Below, piece after piece: positions 20,628 through 30,933 of a DNA stretch of 64,000 nt (the stretch's first letter is position 1; every line of letters begins with the position of its first letter). A model generated the notes under the pieces. That model was given only the letters and a program-made list of their open reading frames with translations, was not told the DNA's origin and made no database searches. The DNA is from Planctomycetota bacterium (GTDB lineage: Bacteria; Planctomycetota; UBA1135; UBA2386), in the NCBI GenBank assembly GCA_965223545.1, contig OZ245006.1, positions 672,001 to 736,000 on the forward strand, written 5' to 3'. The position numbers and the translations under genes were made by a program.

Positions 20628-22337
20628 ATGCAAGACACCCTGCGCGAAGCGCTGCTCCGGCGCGCCGGCCTCAACGAGGCCCAGATCGACGAAGCGCTGG
20701 CCACTGAGCGCGAGCAGCAAGTCACCCTGGACCAGGCGCTGATCAACCGCAACCTGCTGCCCGAAGCGCGCTGCCTCGAGGTGTTCGCCGAGTTCCTCGG
20801 GCTCGAGCACCGCGTCAGCCTCGAGGGCGTGCCGGTGCCCGGCGACTTCATCCAGAACGTGCCGGTCCAGTTCGCCCGCACCCACCAGCTGGTGGCGATC
20901 GGCGAGGACGGCCCGCTGGTGCAGGTCGCCACCTGCCGGCCGCTCGACGTGCAGCCGATGGACGACCTGTCGACGATGATGGACCGCGAGGTCGAGGCGG
21001 TGCTGGCGCCGCGGGCGGAGATCGCCGCGCTGATCAACCGCGCCTACCGGCACAAGGCCGACGGCGTCGACGAGGCTCTCGTCGACATCGAGGAGCAGGA
21101 CATCGTCGGCCTGGCCAACACCATCGAGGAGTCCGAGGACCTCCTCGACGTCGCCAACAAGGCGCCGATCATCCGGCTGGTCAACATGCTGCTGTTCCAG
21201 GCGCTCAAGCTGCGCGCCTCGGACATCCACCTGCAGCCATACGTCGACCGCCTCCAGGTGCGCATGCGCATCGACGGCGTGCTCTACGACACCGAGGCGA
21301 TCCCCAAGAAGGCGCAGGAGGCGATCACCTCTCGCGTCAAGGTGATGGGCAAGATGGACATCGCCGAGCGCCGCCTGCCGCAGGACGGCCGCGCCTCGAT
21401 CCGGATCGGCGAGGGCGACGTCGACGTGCGCATCTCGACGGTGCCGGTGCAGAGCGGCGAGCGCGTGGTGTTCCGCATCCTCGACAAGACCGCCAAGGTC
21501 TACACGCTCGACCAGATCGGGCTGTCGGACGAGAACCACAAGACGATCCAGCGCTACATCCACTACTCGCACGGCATCATCTTCGTCACCGGGCCGACCG
21601 GCTCCGGCAAGACCACGACGCTCTACGCCGGCCTGCAGGCGATCAACGCTCCCGAGCTCAACATCCTGACCATCGAAGATCCTGTCGAGTACAACCTCGA
21701 CGGCATCAGCCAGGTGCAGGTCAACACCAAGAAGGGGCTGACCTTCGCCAACGGCCTGCGCTCGTTCCTGCGGCAGGACCCCGACGTGATGATGGTCGGT
21801 GAGGTGCGCGACAACGAGACCGCCGACATCGCGATCCGCGCCGCGCTGACCGGCCACCTGGTGTTCTCGACGGTGCACACCAACGACTCGGCGTCGACGG
21901 TGACGCGCATGCTCGACATCGGCGTCGAGCCGTATCTGGTGTCGTCGTCGGTGCTCATGGTCGTCGCCCAGCGCCTGGTGCGCACGGTGTGTCCGCACTG
22001 CAAGGAGCCGGTCGACGCCGACGAACGTTCGCGGTTCACGCTCGAGGACTTGGGTCTGAGCCTGGACCAGTTCCCCGACCAGAAGCTGGTGCGCGGTGCC
22101 GGCTGCGACGAGTGCTTCCACTCGGGCTACTCGGGCCGCACGGCGATCTACGAGGTGATGCCGATCGACTCCGTCATCCAGGAGCAGATCGTCGACAAGA
22201 AGTCGGCGAGCGTGATCAAGAAGGGTGCGATCGAGCGCGGCCTGAAGACGCTGCGCATGGATGGCATCGACAAGCTGCTGGCCGGCATGACGACCCCCGA
22301 GGAGGTCGTGCGCGTGACCCAGCGCGACGTGTTCTGA
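20628..22337 (+). CDS. gspE: Type II secretion ATPase
   Basis: ASDIH, DIAERRLPQDG, GPTGSGKTTT, TIEDPVEY, RQDPDVMMVGE, two CxxC motifs. Confidence 0.94.
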   Translation: MQDTLREALLRRAGLNEAQIDEALATEREQQVTLDQALINRNLLPEARCLEVFAEFLGLEHRVSLEGVPVPGDFIQNVPVQFARTHQLVAIGEDGPLVQVATCRPLDVQPMDDLSTMMDREVEAVLAPRAEIAALINRAYRHKADGVDEALVDIEEQDIVGLANTIEESEDLLDVANKAPIIRLVNMLLFQALKLRASDIHLQPYVDRLQVRMRIDGVLYDTEAIPKKAQEAITSRVKVMGKMDIAERRLPQDGRASIRIGEGDVDVRISTVPVQSGERVVFRILDKTAKVYTLDQIGLSDENHKTIQRYIHYSHGIIFVTGPTGSGKTTTLYAGLQAINAPELNILTIEDPVEYNLDGISQVQVNTKKGLTFANGLRSFLRQDPDVMMVGEVRDNETADIAIRAALTGHLVFSTVHTNDSASTVTRMLDIGVEPYLVSSSVLMVVAQRLVRTVCPHCKEPVDADERSRFTLEDLGLSLDQFPDQKLVRGAGCDECFHSGYSGRTAIYEVMPIDSVIQEQIVDKKSASVIKKGAIERGLKTLRMDGIDKLLAGMTTPEEVVRVTQRDVF

Positions 22338-22340
22338 CAG

Positions 22341-23561
22341 ATGCCGATCTACGCCTACAAGGCCGTCGACCCGCAGCAGAAGCCGCGCAAGGGCATCATC
22401 GACGCCGACAGCCCGCGCGAGGCGCGGCTCAAGCTGCGCACCCAGCAGCTGTACGTCACCGACATCGCCGAGTCGCGCGGCCGCCGCGAGCGCAAGATCC
22501 AGATCAAGGGCGTCACCGGCGTCGACTTCCCCAACAAGAAGCGCACCGAGCAGGTCGCCGCCGCCACCCGGCAGATGGCATCGCTGCTCGCCGCCGGCAT
22601 TCCGCTGACCGAGGCGCTGCGCACGGTGATCGAGCAGTCGCCCGACAAGCGCATCGAGGCGACCTTCCGCGACATTCGCGAGAAGCTGACCCAGGGCATG
22701 ACCTTCGGCGACGCGGTCACCCTGCACCCGGCGTACTTCACCGACCTGTACGGCAACATGGTCCGCGCCGGCGAGTCGTCGGGCGCACTCGACCAGGTGA
22801 TGCTGCGGCTGTCGAACTTCTTGCAGTCGCAGGCGCGGCTCAAGAACAAGGTCGGCGCCGCGCTGATCTACCCGACGGTGATGGTCATCATCGGCGTCAT
22901 CGTCGTCGCCGTGCTGATGACCTTCGTCGTGCCCAAGGTCACCCAGCTGCTGCGCGGCAGGGGCCGCGACCTGCCCCTGCCGACCGAGATCCTGGTCAAC
23001 ATCAGCGATGCGCTGGTGAACTACTGGCTGTTCATGATGTTGGGCGCGCTGGTCGTGGTCGTCCTGTTCCAGCTGTTCATCAACTCCGACCGCGGCGGGC
23101 TGCTGTGGGACCGGTTCAAGCTGCGCGTGCCGGTGTTCGGCGATCTGATGCGCAAGCAGTCGGTGGCGCGCTTCGCCACCACTTTCGCCACCTTGCTGCG
23201 CTCCGGCGTGCCGGCGCTGGAGTCGATCGAGGTGACCCAGCGCGTGGTCGACAACCGGGTGATCTCCAACTCGCTGGCCAAGGTGCACGAGCAGATCATG
23301 GAGGGCGCGGACATCGCGTCGCCGATGCGCGCCAGCGGCGCGTTCCCGCCGATGGTGTGCTACATGGTCGGCGTCGGCGAGCAGGCCGGCAACATCGAGG
23401 AGATGCTCGAGCGCGTCGCCGAGTCCTACGACGAGGAAGTCGACCTCGCCACGCAGAAGTTCACCGCGGTGATCGAGCCGCTGATCATCGTCCTGTTGGC
23501 CACCATCGTGGCCGGCATCGTGGTCGCCATCGTGCTGCCGCTGCTCGAGCTGCAGAACTGA
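22341..23561 (+). CDS. gspF: Type II secretion inner-membrane platform protein
   Basis: MPIYAYKA, LLAAGIPL, AGESSGAL, ALIYP, GEQAG, IEPLII. Confidence 0.93.
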   Translation: MPIYAYKAVDPQQKPRKGIIDADSPREARLKLRTQQLYVTDIAESRGRRERKIQIKGVTGVDFPNKKRTEQVAAATRQMASLLAAGIPLTEALRTVIEQSPDKRIEATFRDIREKLTQGMTFGDAVTLHPAYFTDLYGNMVRAGESSGALDQVMLRLSNFLQSQARLKNKVGAALIYPTVMVIIGVIVVAVLMTFVVPKVTQLLRGRGRDLPLPTEILVNISDALVNYWLFMMLGALVVVVLFQLFINSDRGGLLWDRFKLRVPVFGDLMRKQSVARFATTFATLLRSGVPALESIEVTQRVVDNRVISNSLAKVHEQIMEGADIASPMRASGAFPPMVCYMVGVGEQAGNIEEMLERVAESYDEEVDLATQKFTAVIEPLIIVLLATIVAGIVVAIVLPLLELQN

Positions 23562-23763
23562 CCGAGCGCGCGAGCGGCGGGGCGCCTCAGGGCGACCCGC
23601 CCCAGCGGAATTGCGGAAGACCCGGGCCCCGGGCGGCGTCTCTAGCTCCAAACGCGACAGAAGGGCCCGTGCCGCCGGTCCGTTGGCTGCCCCGCCCCGG
23701 CGGAGATACACTACTCATAGGCCCGAAGCGCCCATCGCAACACCGTATAAGAGAACTACGACA

Positions 23764-24186
23764 ATGCAGTCCACCCGCCGCAACCGCCGCGCCGGCTTCA
23801 CGCTGGTCGAGATCATGGTCGTGATCGTGATCCTCGGCATGCTCGCCGCCCTCGTCGGCCAGAACGTCCTCGGCCAGTCCGACAAGGCCCAGATCCAGAC
23901 CGCCGAGATCCAGGTCCGCAACATCTACGACGCGGTCAAGAGCTACATGGTGCAGAACCGCAACCGCATCCCCACCTGGGAGGACATGCTGCAACGCGAC
24001 GAACGCGGCTTCCAGTTCTTCGAGTCCGAGGAGCCGCCGCTGGATCCGTGGGGCAACGACTACCTGATCGAGACCGACCCCGAGTTCGAGCGCCAAGTGC
24101 TCGTGGTGTGCTGGGGACCGGACGGTAACGCCGACACCGAGGACGACATCACCTCGCGCACGATCACCAAGCGCAAGGAGAACTGA
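23764..24186 (+). CDS. gspG: Major pseudopilin
   Basis: RAG/FTLVEIMVV prepilin cleavage motif, DPWGNDY, GPDG. Confidence 0.9.
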   Translation: MQSTRRNRRAGFTLVEIMVVIVILGMLAALVGQNVLGQSDKAQIQTAEIQVRNIYDAVKSYMVQNRNRIPTWEDMLQRDERGFQFFESEEPPLDPWGNDYLIETDPEFERQVLVVCWGPDGNADTEDDITSRTITKRKEN

Positions 24187-24194
24187 GCGGTTCG

Positions 24195-24746
24195 ATGCGG
24201 CGCCAGGCGGGCTTCACGCTGCTCGAGCTGATCCTGGTGGTGGCGATCGGCGCCATCCTGATGCGCGTCGTGACCGCCAACATCGGCGCCATCGTGCCGT
24301 CCAAGGCGATGGACTCCGCCGCGGGGCAGCTGATCTCGCAGGCCAACTTCCTGCGCTCGGAGGCGCGGCTGCAGGGCAAGGTGTATCGGCTGGAGATGGA
24401 CCTGGACAACCACCGGTTCCGCACCGTGCTGCCGCCGGAGGACCGGCTGCTGTCGACCGAAGAGCAGCAGGAGGAGTTCGCACTGGGTTGGACCCAGCTC
24501 GAGGACGGCGTGCAGTTCGAGCGGCACGAGTTCTCCGGCGGACGACTGGTGCGCAACGGGCTGTCGTCGATCGAATTCGACGCCGGCGGCTTCACCGGCG
24601 ACCAGACCATCGTGCTCGTCTACGAGACCGATGAGAAGATGCTGTGGTCGGTGCAGCTGCGCGGCCTGACGGGGACGTCCTCGGTGCAGAACGACTTCGA
24701 CGGCAAGATCCATCTGGTGGAGACCGCGGATGCGTCGAGCTTCTGA
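24195..24746 (+). CDS. Minor pseudopilin (GspH-like)
   Basis: AG/FTLLELILV motif; position directly after gspG. Confidence 0.8.
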   Translation: MRRQAGFTLLELILVVAIGAILMRVVTANIGAIVPSKAMDSAAGQLISQANFLRSEARLQGKVYRLEMDLDNHRFRTVLPPEDRLLSTEEQQEEFALGWTQLEDGVQFERHEFSGGRLVRNGLSSIEFDAGGFTGDQTIVLVYETDEKMLWSVQLRGLTGTSSVQNDFDGKIHLVETADASSF

Positions 24747-25422
24747 CGCGAGGCAGCGGGGACCGCGCGGCTTCACCCTGATCGAAGTCGTCGTCGCGAT
24801 GGCCATTCTGGCGCTCGTCGCCCTGGCCTTTCTCGGCACGCGCACCGACGCGATCATCGATGCTACCGAGGCGCGCAACTGGCGCATCGCCAAGGAGCTG
24901 GCCGAAGAGCTGCTGTCCGAGCTCGCCGCCGGCGCCCGCGAGCTGCGGCCGGAGGTCGGCCGGCAGCAGATCGAGCGCTACGAGGACTTCTCCTACGAGA
25001 TCGTGGTCGGCGAGTCGGCGATCAGCCAGTTCGAGGCCAACGCCGCCGACAGCCTCGGCGGCGTCGGCTCCAGCGATGCCGCCAACCGCGCCACCTGGCA
25101 ACGCGATCGCGATGAGATGCGGCGCGCGCAGCAGCAGGGCTTGAGCCTCACCGACTACCGCGACCAGATGCTGGCAGACGAGATCGCCCTCGAAAACGAA
25201 ACTCGGGTGCCCAGTGAGGACGATTACGAGGAAGTGCTCGTCGTCGTCCACTTTCCCATGGTGCGCATCGAGGCCGAGATGGACGAAGCCAGCTTCACCC
25301 TCAAGGCCCGGCTGCCGACTCTGGCCATCGAGGGCATGACGCCCGAGGAGGCCGGCCAGCTGGCCAGCGCCCAAGGCCTCGACCCCGCCACCGGCGCCGC
25401 CCCGGAGGCGAACCAACAGTGA
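24730..25422 (+). CDS. Minor pseudopilin (GspI-like)
   Basis: RG/FTLIEVVVAMAIL motif; overlaps the preceding gene. Confidence 0.78.
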   Translation: MRRASDARQRGPRGFTLIEVVVAMAILALVALAFLGTRTDAIIDATEARNWRIAKELAEELLSELAAGARELRPEVGRQQIERYEDFSYEIVVGESAISQFEANAADSLGGVGSSDAANRATWQRDRDEMRRAQQQGLSLTDYRDQMLADEIALENETRVPSEDDYEEVLVVVHFPMVRIEAEMDEASFTLKARLPTLAIEGMTPEEAGQLASAQGLDPATGAAPEANQQ

Positions 25423-25469
25423 CCTCGCCGCCCCCACACCACGATCTACAGACCGCCGGAGGGATGTCC

Positions 25470-26522
25470 ATGTCGCGCCGCAACGCCGGTTTCACCCTGA
25501 TCGAGATCATGCTGGCCGTGGCGATCACGGCGATGATCATGACCACCGTCGGCTCGGCGTTCTTGGGCATTCTCAATGCCCGGGAGGAGGTGCGAGCACT
25601 GTCGGAGTCGACCAGCTCCGGGCCGCGCGTGCTCGCCATGATCGAACGCGACCTCCGTGGACTCTGGCACCACAACATCAAGGACAACAAGGTCCTGCTC
25701 GGCGAGAACCGCGACATCGCCGGCTTCGACGCGGATCGGATCAACCTCCTGGTGCACAACGACGCCATGGGCGTGGTGATCGACGACCTGTCCCGCCCCC
25801 ACCACCCGACGGTGTGCGAGGTGGGCTACTGGCTGCGCGAGAACGAGCGCTCGCCGGGGCTGCGCGAGCTGTGGCGGCGCGAGGACCCGATGGTCGACGA
25901 CAACTTGATCGAGGGCGGCACGTTCCAGCTGGTGCACGACCGCATCAAGAACCTCAACATCACCTACTACACGACGCTGGGCGCCAACGCCGAGCCGATC
26001 CACGAGTGGGACTCGAGCCGCGAGGCGACGCTGCCGCGCCGGATCAAGATCGAGCTGTCGGTCGAGCGGCCGCTGGCCAACCGCAACCGGGTGTCGGCGA
26101 CCGAGTTCGACGACTTCGAGGAGACGGTCAAGAAGTACACCCGACACATCGTCTTCGACCGGCGCTTCCCCGACATTCTCAAGGGGGGCGTCGCCATGCG
26201 CACGGTGTTCCCCCCCCCACCGGAGAGCACGGCCGGCGGCAGCGAAGAAGGCGGCGAAGGCGGCGGCGGCAACGCCGCCGTGGTCGGCAACGGCATGATC
26301 ACCCAGGGCATTAGCACGGGCGATCTCCGCAACCGACCGGGTGCGCCGCCCGACGGGCGCAGCACCAACTTCACCGCCAGCCCCCCCGCCCCCCGCGGCT
26401 TCCAGCCACCGCGCAGCATCCCACCGAACCCCACCAACCTGATCAACCAGCTGATGCAGGGCTCCGGCAACGGCACCGGCGTCACCGGCAGCATCAACTT
26501 CGGCAACCTGATCGGCCGCTAA
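25470..26522 (+). CDS. Minor pseudopilin (GspJ-like) with Gly/Pro-rich C-terminal tail
   Basis: AG/FTLIEIMLAV, IERDL, EVGY.L, LWRREDP, LPRRIKI. GGAGG lies 7 nt before ATG 25470. Confidence 0.8.
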   Translation: MSRRNAGFTLIEIMLAVAITAMIMTTVGSAFLGILNAREEVRALSESTSSGPRVLAMIERDLRGLWHHNIKDNKVLLGENRDIAGFDADRINLLVHNDAMGVVIDDLSRPHHPTVCEVGYWLRENERSPGLRELWRREDPMVDDNLIEGGTFQLVHDRIKNLNITYYTTLGANAEPIHEWDSSREATLPRRIKIELSVERPLANRNRVSATEFDDFEETVKKYTRHIVFDRRFPDILKGGVAMRTVFPPPPESTAGGSEEGGEGGGGNAAVVGNGMITQGISTGDLRNRPGAPPDGRSTNFTASPPAPRGFQPPRSIPPNPTNLINQLMQGSGNGTGVTGSINFGNLIGR

Positions 26523-26526
26523 TGGC

Positions 26527-26557
26527 GGTACGGAGCCTGGCTCCGTACCTTCACTTT
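26527..26557. terminator. Probable (possibly bidirectional) intrinsic terminator between the convergent gspJ-like gene and serS
   Basis: Perfect 10-bp inverted repeat GGTACGGAGC-ctg-GCTCCGTACC followed by ttcacttt. Confidence 0.7.
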
Positions 26558-26560
26558 GGC

Positions 26561-27856
26561 CTAGTACGGTGTCAGGGCGCGGCCGATGGTTGCGCGGCCG
26601 CCCATGTAGGGGCGCAGGGGCTCGGGGATGGCGACGGTGCCGTCCGGCCGTTGGTGGATCTCGAGCAGGGGGATGAGGATGCGGGGCGAGGCCAGGGCGG
26701 TGTTGTTGAGGGTGTGGCAGAACCGGGGCTTGCGCGTCTCGGCGCAGCGGTAGCGCAGGCCGAGCCGGCGGGCTTGGTAGTCGTAGAAGCGCGAGGCCGA
26801 GTGGGTCTCGCCAAAGCTCTGGCGCGAGGGCATCCAGCTCTCGATGTCGAACTTCTGGATCTGGCCGACGCCGAGGTCGCCACCGCAGACGTTGACTACG
26901 CGGTATGGGATCTGCAGCGCCGTCAGTAGGTCCTCGGCGTTCTGCAGGATCTCTCGGTGGCGCTCGATGCTGCGCTGCTCGTCGCCGATGTCGACCACCA
27001 CTTGCTCGACCTTCTGGAACTGGTGCACGCGGTACAGGCCCTTGGTGTCGCGACCGTAGGTCCCGGCCTCCCGGCGGAAGCACGTCGAGCGCGCCACGTA
27101 GCGCTTGGGCAGCTCGGCCTCGTCGAGGATCGCGTCGCCGTGCAGAGCCGTCACCGGCACCTCGGAGGTGCCGATCAGGTTGAGCTCGTCCTGTGGCACG
27201 CGGTAGGTCTGCTCCTCGCCACCGGGAAAGAACGCGGTGCCCAGCATCGCGGCGTCGCGCACCAGGACCGGCGGATCGATCGCGACGTAGCCCTTCGCAA
27301 CCAACGAGTCGACCGCGAACCGCAGCGCCGCGTCCTGCAGCAGCGCCAGATCACCGAGCAGGTAGTAGTTGCGACTGCCGGACAGCTGACCCGCGCGCTT
27401 GGTGTCGAGCCAGCCCTGCGCCTCGGCGAGCTCGTGGTGCGGCCGCACGTCGAAGTCGGGGGCGGCGATCTCCCCCACCCGCCGCAGCTCGACGTTGCCG
27501 CTGTCGTCGTCGCCCTCCGGTACCTCGGGCGCGGGCACGCTCGGCACCAGCAGCAACGCCTCGCGCAGCTCGCGCTGCAGGGCCCGCTGTCGCTCCTCGA
27601 GCTGCTGCAGCTCGGCCTTGGCGGCCTTCTGCTGCTCCAAGAACGCACCGCGCTCTTCGGCCGACAGCCGGCCCAGCTGCTTGCCCGCCGCTTTCTGCTC
27701 GGCCCGCCGCTGGTCGATCTCGGGGATCAGCGCGCGCAGCGCCCCGTCCGCCTCCAACGCCCGATCGACGGCCTCCGCACGCTCCGGAAAGCGCTTCTTG
27801 ATGGCCCCCGCCCGCGCCGCCTCGGGGTTCTCGCGCAAGAACTTGATGTCGAGCAA
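26561..27856 (-). CDS. serS: Serine--tRNA ligase
   Basis: TTG start LDIKFLREN, LIGTSE, CFRREAG..GRDTKGLYRVHQFQKVE, ETHSAS, HTLNNT. Confidence 0.96.
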   Translation of the reverse strand: MLDIKFLRENPEAARAGAIKKRFPERAEAVDRALEADGALRALIPEIDQRRAEQKAAGKQLGRLSAEERGAFLEQQKAAKAELQQLEERQRALQRELREALLLVPSVPAPEVPEGDDDSGNVELRRVGEIAAPDFDVRPHHELAEAQGWLDTKRAGQLSGSRNYYLLGDLALLQDAALRFAVDSLVAKGYVAIDPPVLVRDAAMLGTAFFPGGEEQTYRVPQDELNLIGTSEVPVTALHGDAILDEAELPKRYVARSTCFRREAGTYGRDTKGLYRVHQFQKVEQVVVDIGDEQRSIERHREILQNAEDLLTALQIPYRVVNVCGGDLGVGQIQKFDIESWMPSRQSFGETHSASRFYDYQARRLGLRYRCAETRKPRFCHTLNNTALASPRILIPLLEIHQRPDGTVAIPEPLRPYMGGRATIGRALTPY

Positions 27857-27860
27857 GGGA

Positions 27861-29957
27861 CTACTGCTTCCAAACCGGCTTCAGCGGACCGAACAGCTTG
27901 TTCTTCTTCTCCTGCAGCCCGACGAACATGTCGGCCGCCGGCATCTTGACGCGCAGCTTCATGGTGCCGCCGCTGTCGTCCTCCGGCTTGGGAAAGAAGC
28001 CGACCTCGAGCGCCAGGTTGGGATACTTGGACAGGATGCCGTTGAGGTAGTCGCTGTCCATCGGCACGAACTTCGCCACCGGCTTGGCGCCCTTGCCCGA
28101 GTCCGAACGCGCCACCAGAACCTCGGGCGCCGGCGCGGCGCCGTTGATCCGGCTGTAGCGCTCGCCGCCGGCGCCGTAGACCGCGATGCTGGTCGCGTCG
28201 ATCTCGACGTCCTGCCCCTCGCCGCCGCGGGCGAAGTCCAGCGTGAACGGCGCTCCGAGGGTGAACTCGGTGGTCTCCCCCTCGACGACGACGACGTCCT
28301 CCATGTTGCCGTGGTAGACGTGCGCCTGAATGCCCCGGCTGCCCTTGCCGCTGGCGATGCGCCCGAAGCTCAGCTGATACTTGCCGACCGGCACCTCGAC
28401 CGGCTTGCCGCTGGCGACGTTGAAGTGTGTGTTGGCGAACACTCCCTGCCCGCTCAGCACCAGCACCTCCGGCTTGATCCCGCGCGCCCCTTTCCAGCGG
28501 AAGACCACCGAGCCGGTCTTGAAGTACTCGGGGTTGACCGGCCGGATGCCCACGTTCTGCCCGGTCTCGTCACCGCGCAGCGCGAACCACTGCTCGCCGA
28601 CCTGCACGAAGTCGGACAGCGGGTGCGTGTCCCCCTTGCCGACCTGCATCGAATCGAAGCTCGGCACCGGCACCCCGTCGACCGGGTTGCGCGTGTAGTC
28701 CCGCATCCCCAGCGCCCACGGGTCCCCTTCGAACAGCCGCCCATTGGAGTTGTCGTCGTAGAACGTCACCTCTTCGCCCGCCAGCTCCGCAACCCAGCTG
28801 CTGGCGCTGCGGTAGTAGACCTGCGCGCTGTCGTCGCGCGGCGCCAGATTGAAGTTCATCCCGACCAGCGTCTCCTGGTCCCCCGCCGTGTAGAAGCTCA
28901 TCGCATAGCGCGCCTCGCCATCCTCGCTCAGCGAGAACACGCTCGGCTTGAGCTTGAGGTTGGGCTCGACCTCGTCCATCGACGACGGCTGCTCGCCCTG
29001 CTCGAGCTCCTCGATGGTGACGCCGAACTTGGCCGCCGCGGGGCGCACGAGGAACAGCGGACGCTTGACGAACCAGTCGATCTTGGTCGGCCCGGCCCCA
29101 CGCACGTTGCAGCTGAGCCAGAACCCGGGCACCGGTCCGCCGCGGAAGAACAGATCGGTGTGCGCCTGCTTCTGCACCTCGAACTCGAGCGGCACCAGCT
29201 GCTCCTCGGCGTTGGGCATCACCACCGAGTCGATCCCGGTGATGTCCTCGGAGTAGCCCTGCTCGCGGCGCCGGTCGGCCTCTGCCTCCGCACCGTCGAG
29301 CCGATTCGTCTCGGCCTTGAGCAGGACCTTGTTCTGCTGATACAGCGCGTCCTCGGTCCACTCCCACTGCTCGCGCTGGCTGAGGAAGTTGCCGAGGCAA
29401 GTCACGGCCACCCGGCGGTCGTCGACCGTGGCGGAGGGCATCTTCAAGCTGATCTCGGCCGACAGCGACCAGAGCTTGGCCGCGCTCAGCGCATGGCCGA
29501 GGCTCTGGTAGGTGCGCGCCAGCTCCATGGCCGACTCGCGCGCCGCCTCCATCTTCTCGCGCTCGCCGGCGTTCAACCCCTCGTGATAGAGGTTGTAGAT
29601 CGGCGACTCCGTCCGCTCGGCCTTGGCCACCGCCTGGCGGGTGCGGTCGTCGCGGCGCGCGTCGTAGCGTTCGTACAACTCGAGCGTGCCGGTGTCGAAC
29701 ACGCGCCGCCAGCTCTGCTTCAAGGTGTCGAGCACCTCGTAGGTCTCGGCATCACCCCGCTGCGCGTACTGCCGCTGGTAGGCACCGAAGTGGCGGATGG
29801 CGGCGTTCGGGTGGCTGCGCACGGCACGGTCCAGGCCCGCCTGGTCGGTGTATTCGACCGCCTTGGCGAACTTCTCCACGAACTCCGAGTAGTCCTGCGC
29901 GGGCGTCACCGCGGCGAGCAGGAGGGTGAGAGTGAACAGTCGGAGGGGGTTCTTCAT
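27861..29957 (-). CDS. Secreted hypothetical protein (helical N-half, beta-rich C-half)
   Basis: 698-aa ORF with genome-like codon bias and signal peptide MKNPLRLFTLTLLLAAVTPA-Q. No family recognised. Confidence 0.75.
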   Translation of the reverse strand: MKNPLRLFTLTLLLAAVTPAQDYSEFVEKFAKAVEYTDQAGLDRAVRSHPNAAIRHFGAYQRQYAQRGDAETYEVLDTLKQSWRRVFDTGTLELYERYDARRDDRTRQAVAKAERTESPIYNLYHEGLNAGEREKMEAARESAMELARTYQSLGHALSAAKLWSLSAEISLKMPSATVDDRRVAVTCLGNFLSQREQWEWTEDALYQQNKVLLKAETNRLDGAEAEADRRREQGYSEDITGIDSVVMPNAEEQLVPLEFEVQKQAHTDLFFRGGPVPGFWLSCNVRGAGPTKIDWFVKRPLFLVRPAAAKFGVTIEELEQGEQPSSMDEVEPNLKLKPSVFSLSEDGEARYAMSFYTAGDQETLVGMNFNLAPRDDSAQVYYRSASSWVAELAGEEVTFYDDNSNGRLFEGDPWALGMRDYTRNPVDGVPVPSFDSMQVGKGDTHPLSDFVQVGEQWFALRGDETGQNVGIRPVNPEYFKTGSVVFRWKGARGIKPEVLVLSGQGVFANTHFNVASGKPVEVPVGKYQLSFGRIASGKGSRGIQAHVYHGNMEDVVVVEGETTEFTLGAPFTLDFARGGEGQDVEIDATSIAVYGAGGERYSRINGAAPAPEVLVARSDSGKGAKPVAKFVPMDSDYLNGILSKYPNLALEVGFFPKPEDDSGGTMKLRVKMPAADMFVGLQEKKNKLFGPLKPVWKQ

Positions 29958-30027
29958 GCGACACCGTGGGTTGTGATTGGAGGGCGATTGTAGGCGCGCG
30001 ATCGCCGGCGTGCCGCCCTTGGAGCCT

Positions 30028-30852
30028 CTAGTCCTTGCGGCGCATCTGCTTGGACGCGCGGTCGAGAAACCGGCGCTCCTGCGGGGTCAAAGACCCGATG
30101 CCGTCGCGGTGAACCTTCTCCAGCAGCTCGTCGAGCCGCTGCCGGTCCTCGTGCGCGTTCCGCACCTCGCGATCGGCCTGCCAACTACGCCACTTGGCGG
30201 CGAGATCCAAGTCCCGCGCCGGCGTGCGATAGGCGAGGTAGCCCCAGAGAGCCCCGCCGAGGTGGCCACCGTGCGCCACCCCATCGCCGCCACCGACCAC
30301 CACCTGGACGTAGGTCGAGTAGAGGCCGAAGACCACCAGGCCGATCGCCACCCAGCGCAACTCGATGGGGAACACGATCAGGATCACGCGCAGAGTCGGT
30401 GCCATGCACGCCGCGTAGATCAGGATGCCGTAGCACGCCCCGCTGGCGCCGATCGTGTACGCCGCCGACGGTCCGGTCAGGACGGACTCGAGCAGGATCT
30501 GCAACAGCGCGCCGAAGATCCCCGACAGCAAGTACAGCTGGATGATCCGCTGCTTGCCGATGCGCTCCTCGACGAAGGTGCCGAAGAAGTACAGCATCAG
30601 CATGTTGAACAAGATGTGCCCGAACAGCGTGAAGCTGTGCACGAACTGGTAGGTCACGAGCCGCAGCAGGCCGAGCCCGTAGCCGTCCCACAGGCGAGTC
30701 CACGACACCCCCAGCCATTCGCCCAGCGTGGTGCCGAACAACGGCACCACCAGCATGTTGGCGACGAAGACGCCGGCGTTGATCAGCAACAGCAGCTTGA
30801 CGCCGGGCGTCAAGCGCGGGAAGGCGAACGCGACCTGGTTACCGTAATCCAT
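30028..30852 (-). CDS. Rhomboid family intramembrane serine protease
   Basis: HILFNMLML, GASG catalytic Ser, AHGGHLGG, C-terminal LDELLEKV...GIGSLT..ER.FL tail. Confidence 0.9.
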   Translation of the reverse strand: MDYGNQVAFAFPRLTPGVKLLLLINAGVFVANMLVVPLFGTTLGEWLGVSWTRLWDGYGLGLLRLVTYQFVHSFTLFGHILFNMLMLYFFGTFVEERIGKQRIIQLYLLSGIFGALLQILLESVLTGPSAAYTIGASGACYGILIYAACMAPTLRVILIVFPIELRWVAIGLVVFGLYSTYVQVVVGGGDGVAHGGHLGGALWGYLAYRTPARDLDLAAKWRSWQADREVRNAHEDRQRLDELLEKVHRDGIGSLTPQERRFLDRASKQMRRKD

Positions 30853-30933
30853 GGGGCATGCGCGGGGCCGCCACCGCCGCCGGCAGCGCCACAGCAGGCA
30901 TCATCGACACCGGGCGGCGCGGCGCAAGAGCGG

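Noticed and set aside
18245..23711. Very long antisense and alternate-frame ORFs (e.g. 18245-21037, 20229-23711; also 48231-51500, 54458-57025)
   Set aside because: These are shadows of real genes caused by stop-codon scarcity in high-GC DNA; they are Arg/Ala/Gly-rich with no motifs.
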